NCBI GenBank assembly: GCA_050175015.1
Contig: JBFXJJ010000007.1
Location: 74,513 to 127,266, forward strand
Direction: 5' to 3'
From: Alphaproteobacteria bacterium
GTDB lineage: Bacteria; Pseudomonadota; Alphaproteobacteria; JBFXJJ01
DNA length: 52,754 bases
Part shown: positions 38,909 through 47,714 of the stretch, in pieces
How the letters are laid out: every line of letters begins with the position of its first letter
Numbering within the stretch: the first letter of the stretch is position 1
Made by a program: the position numbers and the translations under genes
Notes under the pieces: generated by a model
What the model was told of the DNA's origin: nothing
What the model saw: the letters and a program-made list of their open reading frames with translations, nothing else
The model's database searches: none

Positions 38909-41251
38909 ATGGCGGAAAGTGAAATGAGCAAAGAAGTTATGACTGCTCTAGAAGACTATTTTAACAGCCCTATTCAAGTTTATGAATGTGGTAGCGAGCA
39001 AAATCGCCCTGAGCGAATTCAGGATAGACCATTTCTAAAAACACTACCAGATGGCCATACGGTATATGTCCAAAAAACATCTGCAACCAAATCTGTTGGT
39101 TCTTTTGCGCTTTCTTTAGACAAACCGATTATTGGCGGCTCAATTGCTGCTGAAACCGAAAACAGTAAATTCTTGCAGGAAATGCAGGAGCGTTTTAGAA
39201 ATGCTAAAGAAGATGTTAATTTAATTATTATTGATCCCGATGTTATTCGTGGTCGTTATGCAATGGATGAAAATCCCCGCCGTACATTATTCCAAAGTTT
39301 TTATGAATATTTACATGGGAATATGGAACAGGACGGAGTATCTAAAGCAATGCCTCTTTCTAAAGAAGATTATGGTGTGCTTATGGAATCCGCAATATTG
39401 GGCAACAGTCCGCTATCTCTTGGGGTGCCAATTAAAGGTTTGGGACAATATGCTATTGTTATATCAAGTCAGCCTGATATGCCAATGCATGATATGTTTA
39501 CCTCAATTCCTGGTTCAGAAATTCGTATGGAACATCTTAAAATTGGCAAAGAGCATGTCCGTGATATGATTCTGCTTCATGAGTTAGGTCATGCATTGGA
39601 TACGCTTAATAAGCAAGAAGATGGCGACACTATTGCTGATGATATTTTAAAACGTCATAGAACAGAATGTGTTGCCGACGTTCATGCAACTTTGCAGACA
39701 GCTAAGAAGTATGGCAGTACAGATGTTGGCAAGCTAGTTAGTGATATTCGTATTGATAACACTGTTCAAGGTATTGCCTATATTCAAAGGCAGCTTTCTG
39801 GAGGTATGGGGCTTGAAGGTGATGTCGAAGGTCTTAAAGGAGCTTCAAGACTTACCTTAAAGACAGTTGATAATGTTTTACGTGAAGATTTTGAAAAACA
39901 AAAATACTTTGCTTCTCCTGAACTAAAAGCTTTTGTTGAAGCAAAAGGTGCAGAGAAAAAGAAAGCTAGCGGCAGCAAAAAAGTTAGTGCTCCTAAGCAG
40001 CCTTCTGCTCAAGACGTACTTGAGAATATTGAACAGAGTGCTCAGCTTCTTAACGTTGCAGAGGTTCTTGGTTCAATTTCATCTTATACCACAAGCTTTT
40101 GTGCCGATGCTGCTGTTAAAATTGCTGACAAAAAATTAAAAGACGGCAGTTTAGCAAAAATGACAGATAAGGAAATTCACAAGCTTGCAGAAGAAATTGT
40201 TGCTAAAGAAGCCTTTGACAAAGCTCAAATTACGGGCTTGGTAATGGGTATGATAACAGGGGAAGAAACTCCTGAATTTATTAAAATCGTTGATCGTTAC
40301 CAAGAAGCAACAACTCGTTTTCCTGAGGACAAGAAAAAACAGGCTGAAGCTCAAATGGCAGCTATGGGTTTCCCTGTTCCAAAGCCAAAGCTCACCCCAG
40401 AAGAAACTGTAAGTTTCAAGAATTGGTGGGAACGTGAAATGGCAGAAAAAATTGAAGCCAAGGGTTCAACGAGAGAAGCCTTGCTAGGTGTTGTCGAAGC
40501 TGAAAAAGATGAGGCTCGTAAAGCTGATACTCTTTACAACCAATATAAAATTGCGGTTATGAATCAGTTGTTTATGGAAAACCCTGATAGAATGACAGAT
40601 AAAGCTAAAACTTTCGGAACAGTTAGAGATACTTTGAAAAATATTGAAGCTCCAGTTGTTGAAGAAAAAGGTTTAAAAGCTGTAGCTGCTTTTGTTGAAA
40701 CGGAGATGAAAGCTTTAGATACAGGTTTGAAAGCTGTAGAATTAGCTGAAGGCAGGAATATTGCTTCAATGTCTCCAGAAGTGTTTGCAAAGACTGTTTC
40801 TAAAGAAAGCAGAAATCTTAAGAAGCTTTATGAAGAGCAGAAAAAACTCCAAGCATTGGCTTTTGCTATTCGTAAGGATCCAGAAGCTTGGGAAGCTGTA
40901 AGCAAGACTCCTCTGTTAGCACAGAAAATTGAGGAACAAGCTAAACAAAAGCATCCTGTTTGGGTTGAAGGCGTTCACCTTAATTTAGGACAGAATACTG
41001 CTCAGGATTTAAAAAATTCAAAAGATGGAATAACGCTTGATAAAAAAGTTTTAGCATCATGTGTTTTACAATCTGAGGCGGTTTCAGGCGTGGTTGCGAA
41101 AACAACACTTAAGAAATTAGAAAATGAATTACCTCAACAGCAAGGTTCTTCTTCTGGTCTTAAGAGTGAAAGTAGTCGTAAAAAGCGCGAATATACTGAA
41201 TCAGAAGGAATAAGATGGAATCTTTTGAACAAAACAGGACGTTCTAAATAG
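38909..41251 (+). CDS. Uncharacterised HExxH zinc-metalloprotease-like protein, paralog 3 (780 aa)
   Basis: AAGGAG RBS; HELGH at 39578-39592, then RTECVAD. Confidence 0.8.
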   Translation: MAESEMSKEVMTALEDYFNSPIQVYECGSEQNRPERIQDRPFLKTLPDGHTVYVQKTSATKSVGSFALSLDKPIIGGSIAAETENSKFLQEMQERFRNAKEDVNLIIIDPDVIRGRYAMDENPRRTLFQSFYEYLHGNMEQDGVSKAMPLSKEDYGVLMESAILGNSPLSLGVPIKGLGQYAIVISSQPDMPMHDMFTSIPGSEIRMEHLKIGKEHVRDMILLHELGHALDTLNKQEDGDTIADDILKRHRTECVADVHATLQTAKKYGSTDVGKLVSDIRIDNTVQGIAYIQRQLSGGMGLEGDVEGLKGASRLTLKTVDNVLREDFEKQKYFASPELKAFVEAKGAEKKKASGSKKVSAPKQPSAQDVLENIEQSAQLLNVAEVLGSISSYTTSFCADAAVKIADKKLKDGSLAKMTDKEIHKLAEEIVAKEAFDKAQITGLVMGMITGEETPEFIKIVDRYQEATTRFPEDKKKQAEAQMAAMGFPVPKPKLTPEETVSFKNWWEREMAEKIEAKGSTREALLGVVEAEKDEARKADTLYNQYKIAVMNQLFMENPDRMTDKAKTFGTVRDTLKNIEAPVVEEKGLKAVAAFVETEMKALDTGLKAVELAEGRNIASMSPEVFAKTVSKESRNLKKLYEEQKKLQALAFAIRKDPEAWEAVSKTPLLAQKIEEQAKQKHPVWVEGVHLNLGQNTAQDLKNSKDGITLDKKVLASCVLQSEAVSGVVAKTTLKKLENELPQQQGSSSGLKSESSRKKREYTESEGIRWNLLNKTGRSK

Positions 41252-41270
41252 TAATATTTAGGAAATATGT

Positions 41271-41303
41271 AAAACCGCTGTTTAGCAATAGACAGCGGTT
41301 TTT
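41271..41303 (+). terminator. Intrinsic terminator
   Basis: AAAACCGCTGTTTA-GCAA-TAGACAGCGGTTTTT. Confidence 0.85.
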
Positions 41304-41541
41304 GTTTTTAATGATTGGTTTAAAAAAGTTGTAATTAAAATACGTTTTCCAAGATTATATAACTAAATCAAAATATCCTTATTGTGAATTTCTAAAAAAA
41401 CAAAAACAGATAATCATTTTGTTTGAAGTTTCGTTATAAAAACTGCCTTTGTGACTATGTAACTACAAATGTATTTGACGAAAGCTGATTTGTTTCGTAT
41501 TAGTTATATAAGTTAATTATTTTTTAAGCTAACGGTGTAAT

Positions 41542-42186
41542 ATGGAAGCAAAAGTAGCAATTCAAAACAGCCATAAAACAGCTTATGTTGTCCCTTGTTC
41601 AAACACATTTCGCAATGATGTTTTAGAGCTGGCTAAAAAGAAAAAAGTTAATGCTGGAGATTTAGCTCGTTCTATTTTTCTAATCTTTTCTAAAGAGGAA
41701 ATTGAAGCTTTTCCTGACACCGCAGAGCCTGATATCTACGAGAGAGAAGAAGTTGTCTTAAAAAGCGGTACAGCTAAAGGACAGAGTTTTAAGAGGAAAC
41801 CTCGTTTGCAGGTAAGAATGCCTCAGGGACTTTCAGCATCATTTATAAGAAAATCATTATTAATGGCGCTCGCGCTTGAAAAAAAAGAATTATCGTTAGA
41901 GCTTGACCAAAAGCAGACACCTAAAAAGAATGACTTAAAACAGGAAATAGATCGTTTAAAAACGGTTATTTCTCATCTAGCGTTTGAACCACTTAGAGAT
42001 GGGGTTAGAAGCAAAGATGAAGCTTTATTTGTCTTAGGCTTTCCTCCGCACTCTAATCCAGATTTAACGCTGGCTAAAGTGAAGTTTAGAATCTTGGCAT
42101 CTATTTTTCACCCAGATAGCATTTTTGGAAGCCACGATCGTATGAGTAATATTAATTCAGCTATGGATTTTTTCAGAAATAGATAA
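41542..42186 (+). CDS. Protein with a C-terminal J (DnaJ-like) domain
   Basis: ALFVLGF...KFRILASIFHPD...M..INSA (HPD motif); N-terminal domain unrecognised. Confidence 0.75.
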   Translation: MEAKVAIQNSHKTAYVVPCSNTFRNDVLELAKKKKVNAGDLARSIFLIFSKEEIEAFPDTAEPDIYEREEVVLKSGTAKGQSFKRKPRLQVRMPQGLSASFIRKSLLMALALEKKELSLELDQKQTPKKNDLKQEIDRLKTVISHLAFEPLRDGVRSKDEALFVLGFPPHSNPDLTLAKVKFRILASIFHPDSIFGSHDRMSNINSAMDFFRNR

Positions 42187-42334
42187 CTTTGAAAGTCATT
42201 ACTATGTTTGATGTTAAAGCTTTAAAGAATAATTAAACGTGCGAAATAATTAAAAATATAGCTGTTAAATAAAATAAATGCTTTCAAATATTGATGGATT
42301 TTTTGGTTGTGATTAGTCATAGTTTAGGGTTAAT

Positions 42335-42373
42335 AAAAAATGCGCAATAGACTTCAAGTCCGCGCATTTTTTT
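42335..42373. terminator. Bidirectional intrinsic terminator
   Basis: AAAAAATGCGC...GACTTCAAGTC...GCGCATTTTTTT. Confidence 0.7.
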
Positions 42374-42492
42374 GTAAATATAAAAACAAGATAACTAAAA
42401 AGTTGAGAATGGTTATCTAAAAAACAATTGATACACCAATTTTTTGCTCACAATCAAAATATTTATGCTTAGCTATAATTAGTATTTAAGAA

Positions 42493-43776
42493 CTAAGCTA
42501 ATTTTTCTAAAAAAGCATTAATATTTTTGTTAAGGCTGTCAGCGTTATGAGTAAGTTTGCCCGCAGCTCTTGTTATATCTTCTGCGCCGCTTTTAGTTTC
42601 AATAGATGTTTCTTTGACAATAGAGATAGCATCAGAAACCATACGAGCACTATCGGCTGCTTCCGTAACGTTTCTAGCAATCTCGTGAGTTACAGCGTTT
42701 TGTTCTTCAACAGCACTAGCAACAGCCGACGATGCTTCTTCAATATCTGCAACGATAGCGCTTATATCTTCTATGGCTTTGGAAGCATTGTCTGAAACTT
42801 CCTGCATTTCAGCAATTTGAATAGAGATTTCCTGAGTTGCTTTTGATGTTTGATTTGCAAGATTCTTTACTTCGTTAGCAACAACCGAAAATCCTTTTCC
42901 TGCTTCTCCTGCTCTTGCCGCTTCTATGGTTGCATTAAGTGCCAGCAAGTTAGTTTGAGATGAAATCTTGTTAATAAGCTCCAAAACAGCATAAATTTTA
43001 TTAGTTGCCACACTTAAATTTTGAACAGTTTGACTTGTAGCTGCGGCTCTTTCTGCGGCTTGTTTAGCGACAGATGAAGATCTGGAAACCTGTTCAGTTA
43101 TTTCTTGAATAGATGCTGAAAATTCTTCAATGGCTCCAGCTACAGCTTGAACATTAATAGATGCTTGCTCTGCGGCATTAGCAACAGAAACCGATTGTTT
43201 GTTAGTGTCAGAAGCTTGGGCGTTTAAGGCAATAGAACTTGCTTCAAGCTCGGTAGCCGCCGTGGAAACAGCTTCGGCTATAGGTCTAACGTGATTATTG
43301 GCAAAATTGATAAATTCTTCGTCACGTTTTGCCATCAAATCCAGAGAAGAGTTAATGGTTTTGGCAAATGAAGCAAAGTTGCCCCTGAGACCAGAAGTCA
43401 AAATATGGCGAAAATATTTTCTTTGATTAGCATATTCCATAGCCGTATTTGCTTCTTTTGCAAAAGCTTCGGTTAAATCCATAATGCGGTTAACAGCTAT
43501 AGCCAAATTTTTTAAATTGCCAGTGTCTTTAATATCAGTAATTCTGATGTTAATGTCTCCTTTTGCTGCTTTTTCTAAAATATTAGCGTATCTTTCTATT
43601 TCGTTATAGGAAGTATCAAAGGTGTTAGCTGCTATGATAAAAACAAAGGCGATGCCAGCTAAAATAGGGGTTGTCCAAAAAGGAAGAAAAAAAACAGAAA
43701 CACCACAACCAAGGCAAGCTGTTGCTGCAATTATACAACACACTCTTTTATTAAATACTAAAGATAAATTCTTCAT
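42493..43776 (-). CDS. Methyl-accepting chemotaxis protein (CetA-like)
   Basis: N-terminal TM hairpin, HAMP-like region, [34 protein letters not shown]. Confidence 0.95.
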   Translation of the reverse strand: MKNLSLVFNKRVCCIIAATACLGCGVSVFFLPFWTTPILAGIAFVFIIAANTFDTSYNEIERYANILEKAAKGDINIRITDIKDTGNLKNLAIAVNRIMDLTEAFAKEANTAMEYANQRKYFRHILTSGLRGNFASFAKTINSSLDLMAKRDEEFINFANNHVRPIAEAVSTAATELEASSIALNAQASDTNKQSVSVANAAEQASINVQAVAGAIEEFSASIQEITEQVSRSSSVAKQAAERAAATSQTVQNLSVATNKIYAVLELINKISSQTNLLALNATIEAARAGEAGKGFSVVANEVKNLANQTSKATQEISIQIAEMQEVSDNASKAIEDISAIVADIEEASSAVASAVEEQNAVTHEIARNVTEAADSARMVSDAISIVKETSIETKSGAEDITRAAGKLTHNADSLNKNINAFLEKLA

Positions 43777-44269
43777 AAGAAAGCCCCTTGTCTGAAATTA
43801 TTTTCATCAATGCTGCATAGCTTGTGTTCATACCCTCTTTGATATTGGAATATTTTTTTTCAATATTTAAGAGTTCACGATAAAGCGGAATTATAATTGA
43901 ATTTAGAGTATCTCTTTTAGGTACTCTTCGGTTTGAATGATAGCCTATAATTTTATTGTTATTGTCAAAACAAGGAGTTATATGGGCAAAAACCCAATAG
44001 TTATCACCATTTTTGGCTCTGTTATTTACATAAGCAAACAGTTCTTTGCCGCTTTGAACGGTATCCCATAATAATTTGTAGATACAGCGAGGCATTTCAG
44101 GGTGTCTAATAATATTGTGAGGTTGATATAAAATTTCAGATTCTTCATATCCTGAAATCTTTAAAAAAATATCATTAGCATACGTAATTATGCCTTTAGT
44201 ATCCGTTTTACTTACAATGATCTCATCTTCATCAAAGGTACGTTCTTTACCAGTCAGGCTTTTTTCCAT
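43751..44269 (-). CDS. Stand-alone Aer-type PAS protein (CetB-like)
   Basis: [53 protein letters not shown]. Confidence 0.92.
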   Translation of the reverse strand: MEKSLTGKERTFDEDEIIVSKTDTKGIITYANDIFLKISGYEESEILYQPHNIIRHPEMPRCIYKLLWDTVQSGKELFAYVNNRAKNGDNYWVFAHITPCFDNNNKIIGYHSNRRVPKRDTLNSIIIPLYRELLNIEKKYSNIKEGMNTSYAALMKIISDKGLSYEEFIFSI

Positions 44270-44304
44270 AATAAGTTTAATCTCAAAAAAGGTTAAAAGA
44301 TAAA

Positions 44305-44328
44305 TAGGGGCTTTTGGAAAAGCCCCTA
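44305..44328 (-). terminator. Hairpin / terminator after the BI-1 gene
   Basis: TAGGGGCTTTT-GG-AAAAGCCCCTA perfect inverted repeat. Confidence 0.7.
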
Positions 44329-44337
44329 GTGTTTTTT

Positions 44338-45078
44338 TTATTTGCGATTGCCGAAGAAGCGAAGCAAATATAAGAACATATTGATAAAGTCCATATAAAG
44401 CTCTAGAGCTCCAGAAATGGATTTTCTTGTACTCATATCATAGTTATCTCCGCTGTAGTAAATTCTTCTAATTTTTTGAGTATCATAAGCGGTTAAACCG
44501 ACAAAAATCAAGACACCTAAAACTGATACTGCAAAATCAAGTCCTGAGCTTCTCATAAAAATATTAACAATGCTGGCTAAAATTATGCCCCAAAGCCCCA
44601 TATATAAGAAGGACCCTAGACCAGTTAAATCTTTTTTGGTTGTATAACCTAAAAGACTCATTCCCGCAAAAGTTCCAGATGTTATTAAGAATACTCTAGC
44701 AACACTTGCTCCCGTATAAAGCGCAAGAACAGGAGCAATTGAAAGTCCCATTAGTGCAGAAAAAGCAAAGAAAGCAATTTGAACTTTTTGTAGGCTGGAA
44801 TTTCTTATAGCGTAGCTTAAATAAAAGACACAGGCAAAAGGAGCAATTAAGGCAGCAATGCCTAAGAAGCTTAAGCCATACCCGCCGTTTGCTGTTTGGG
44901 TATAGAACATCGATATTGCATTTGTTTCTATTATAAGATAAGAAACAAAAGCCGTTATTAAAAGACCGGTTGTCATATAGTTATAGACCCCCAGCATATA
45001 TTTTCTAAGACCTTCATCGATAGCTTGCCCTACAGAGGCATCGCTTCTTACAAAATCTTGGTAGCGATCATTAGACAT
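44338..45078 (-). CDS. Bax inhibitor-1/YccA-family membrane protein
   Basis: IDEGLRKYMLGVYNYM, GYTTKKDL, TAYDTQKI, GALELYMDFINMF. Confidence 0.95.
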   Translation of the reverse strand: MSNDRYQDFVRSDASVGQAIDEGLRKYMLGVYNYMTTGLLITAFVSYLIIETNAISMFYTQTANGGYGLSFLGIAALIAPFACVFYLSYAIRNSSLQKVQIAFFAFSALMGLSIAPVLALYTGASVARVFLITSGTFAGMSLLGYTTKKDLTGLGSFLYMGLWGIILASIVNIFMRSSGLDFAVSVLGVLIFVGLTAYDTQKIRRIYYSGDNYDMSTRKSISGALELYMDFINMFLYLLRFFGNRK

Positions 45079-45186
45079 GGTTTTCTCCTAACAATGTTTT
45101 TAATAATACTAAAATAAGATTTGCCCATTTAAAAATCAAGTTAAATGGGCAAATATTCTTATTGTGTAATATATTTCGGAACAAAA

Positions 45187-45813
45187 TTAACGGCTATTGC
45201 CTTTTGCTTTAATTGTTGCGGCATAACGAGCTTGCGCATCAGCTTCTTTTTTGCGTTCAGCTGCAATCTCCTGACGGACTTTAATAGCTGCCTTTTTATA
45301 GGATTCATAGGATTCTTCATAATATTTTTCAGGATCTAAAGGCATACGACCTCTAGATAAATCCTTATCAATTTTTGCTCCAACAAGCTCTAAATCCTGC
45401 AGAGTTGCATTTTGATTAGAATCACAGGTTTTAATATTAGTAAAATCAGCATTTTTTACGTGGCAGAAAAAGAAGTAGCTTGATTCCATTTTGGCGCCGC
45501 AGAACTTAGCTGATTCCAAATCGGTTCCATAGAAAGCCGCATTACGAGTATCAGCATTAGTAAAATTAGCGTTTTTCAGTTTAGCGCCCTGTAATTGTGC
45601 TCCTTGAACATCTGCACCTTCAAAATCAGCGCCATCAAACTTGCCGCCTCTTAATTTAAGACCGCTAAGATCTTGATTTCTTAAATCTGCTCCAGATAAA
45701 TCTTTTCCTTTTTCTACAGCTTCTTGAATCATTTGTCCGAAGTTGCGAGCATATGTTGAGTAAAGGACTACACCTTCTTTGTTTTTGACCTCATAAACGT
45801 CAGGCTTATTCAT
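45187..45813 (-). CDS. Pentapeptide-repeat protein with basic C-terminal tail
   Basis: A(D/N)(L/F)xx repeats (ADLRN, ADFEG, AKLKN, ANFTN); AGGAG RBS before ATG 45813; ends IKAKGNSR. Confidence 0.88.
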   Translation of the reverse strand: MNKPDVYEVKNKEGVVLYSTYARNFGQMIQEAVEKGKDLSGADLRNQDLSGLKLRGGKFDGADFEGADVQGAQLQGAKLKNANFTNADTRNAAFYGTDLESAKFCGAKMESSYFFFCHVKNADFTNIKTCDSNQNATLQDLELVGAKIDKDLSRGRMPLDPEKYYEESYESYKKAAIKVRQEIAAERKKEADAQARYAATIKAKGNSR

Positions 45814-45946
45814 AACCAAAATCTCCTAAAAAAAGATAGAAACAAACTAAAACATAAAAGCTATTATTTTTAATTTTCAATTTACACTTCATTTGATTTA
45901 TTTGCTAGGTTTTTTATAAAAACAAACAATAAAAAATACAAAAAAC

Positions 45947-45986
45947 AAAAAGGAGTGAGGATAAAAAATCCTCTTCTCCTTTTTTT
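45947..45986 (-). terminator. Intrinsic terminator after the EF-hand gene
   Basis: AAAAAGGAGTGAGGAT...ATCCTCTTCTCCTTTTTTT. Confidence 0.75.
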
Positions 45987-46007
45987 GTCTTTATTTATTA
46001 CTTAGTA

Positions 46008-46793
46008 TTAAGCAACAGCTGCAGTGTTGAAGTATTCTGAAGCCGCTGAACTATAGGACTTTATAGCTTGGCTTAAGCCTGATGTGTTAGAATTGTCTTC
46101 TCCGTATTGTTCTTTAAGCATATCAACAAACAGAGCGATTTCAGAAGCTGAAATGTTTCCATCTTGATTCGTATCCATTTGATCAAAGTATGAAGCAAGA
46201 ATGTCGTCATCACTTTCTTCTGTTTCAGAGGTTTCCTCATCTTCTTCTGGTGGTGGCGGAGGAGGGGGGGCTCCTGCTTGTTTATTTTCTTCCATAGCAC
46301 TTAAATGGGCTTCATTTTCTGCTTGGGAGATAACGCCATCACCATCGGTATCAACCTCACTTAAAAGGGTTGATGCCTGTTCTGCGCTTAAACCAAAAGC
46401 TTCGGCAAGTTCATCACTTGATATTGATCCGTCACCATCGGCATCTAATTTACTAAAAATATCGTCAGCAGATATTCCGTCACCAGAATCATCAGTTTCT
46501 TGAACTTGAAGTAATGCTGCTTGGGTTTCTTCTGCTATTCTTGTTTGAAAGGCAGAATCTTCCTCTTGAGTAATTATGCCGTCACCATTAGCATCAATTT
46601 CATTGAACATCTCTTGGGTTTTGCTGGCATCTTGTACGTCATTAGGAAAACTCTGACCTAAAATGGCAAATTCCTGAAAGGTTACCCCTTCATCTTGATT
46701 GGTATCGGCTTGTTTAAAAAGAGAGCTGGCCTTACTTGTGCTGTAGCTCTGCTGAGTAAACAAACTGCTTAACCCTAAACTACTTATACTCAT
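46008..46793 (-). CDS. Acidic EF-hand Ca2+-binding protein with poly-Pro linker
   Basis: Five DxxxDxxxxxxE-type loops (DTNQDEG, DANGDGI, DADGDGS, DTDGDGV, DTNQDGN) and a PPPPPPP tract. Start MSISSL at 46793, with AAGGA upstream. Confidence 0.88.
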   Translation of the reverse strand: MSISSLGLSSLFTQQSYSTSKASSLFKQADTNQDEGVTFQEFAILGQSFPNDVQDASKTQEMFNEIDANGDGIITQEEDSAFQTRIAEETQAALLQVQETDDSGDGISADDIFSKLDADGDGSISSDELAEAFGLSAEQASTLLSEVDTDGDGVISQAENEAHLSAMEENKQAGAPPPPPPPEEDEETSETEESDDDILASYFDQMDTNQDGNISASEIALFVDMLKEQYGEDNSNTSGLSQAIKSYSSAASEYFNTAAVA

Positions 46794-46854
46794 ATCTAAA
46801 ATCCTTGAATATGTCGGTTGTTTGCATTCTGCAATTTTTTCTTGTCGTATAAGA

Positions 46855-46870
46855 TGCAAAAATCGTGCCT
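46855..46870 (-). promoter_or_regulatory. sigma54 (-24/-12) promoter of the EF-hand gene
   Basis: Minus strand AGGCACG-ATTT-TTGCA (GG-N10-GC). Confidence 0.7.
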
Positions 46871-46876
46871 AAAAAG

Positions 46877-46892
46877 TGGCATAAATGTTGCT
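46877..46892 (+). promoter_or_regulatory. Second, divergent sigma54-like site
   Basis: TGGCATA-AATG-TTGCT (GG-N10-GC). Confidence 0.55.
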
Positions 46893-47027
46893 AAAGTGGG
46901 TTATTTAAAATTTATTCGTTTTATACCTAAAAATTTTTAGTGTCTTTTTGCTTATTTATTCTTAAAATAATGTTAATTTATAAAGAGTTACTAAAATTAT
47001 GCGTCTTATTGTCTTGAGGATATGTAA

Positions 47028-47705
47028 ATGAATCTTTTGATTGTAAAAATTAAAAAATTAATGTTTAAGATTGTTTTTTTATTGGCTAGTGTGACGGCAA
47101 ATTTGTCCTTTGCCGGGGAAAATTTGCCGATTAAGGTTGCCGCTTTTGGTGATAGTCTTACTTCAGGTTATGGTTTGAGGGCTGAGAATTCATTCCCATA
47201 TGTTTTAGAGCAAGAATTAAAAGCTGATGGTTATAATGTAATTGTTGCAAATAAAGGAGTGTCCGGCGAAACGACTCAAGATGGGTTGGCAAGATTAAGC
47301 AGCATAATTGCCGAGAAACCAGACGTTGTAATTTTAGAATTTGGGGCTAATGATGTTCTAAGAGGCTATTCAACAGAAATAATTTATGAAAATTTGGCCG
47401 AAATCATACTTTCATTACAATCGGAAGGAATCACTGTTATTTTGACTGGAATTTATGCGCCTCCGAAACTTTCAGCAAGATATGCTCAAGACATAAAAGA
47501 ACTTTATCAAACGCTTTCATCTAAGTACCAAATTAAGCTCTATCCTTTCTTTTTAGATGGAATCGTAACCGACCTTATGGGGGTGGCTAATCCCGATTTG
47601 ATTTTGCGAGATGGTTTGCATCCTAATGAGGAAGGAATAAAAATTATTGCCAATAATATTAAGCCTTTGGTAAAAGAAATATTAGATAAATTTATTAAAG
47701 ATTAG
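47028..47705 (+). CDS. SGNH/GDSL arylesterase (TesA-like)
   Basis: FGDSLTSGYG, GVSGETT, EFGAND, DGLHPN; signal-like N-terminus. Confidence 0.93.
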   Translation: MNLLIVKIKKLMFKIVFLLASVTANLSFAGENLPIKVAAFGDSLTSGYGLRAENSFPYVLEQELKADGYNVIVANKGVSGETTQDGLARLSSIIAEKPDVVILEFGANDVLRGYSTEIIYENLAEIILSLQSEGITVILTGIYAPPKLSARYAQDIKELYQTLSSKYQIKLYPFFLDGIVTDLMGVANPDLILRDGLHPNEEGIKIIANNIKPLVKEILDKFIKD

Positions 47706-47714
47706 GAAAAAAAT

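Noticed and set aside
30393-41251. Protease array as a prophage, ICE or known defence island
   Set aside because: No integrase, transposase, att repeats, phage genes or recognisable defence domains, and no obvious compositional shift; it sits among core genes.
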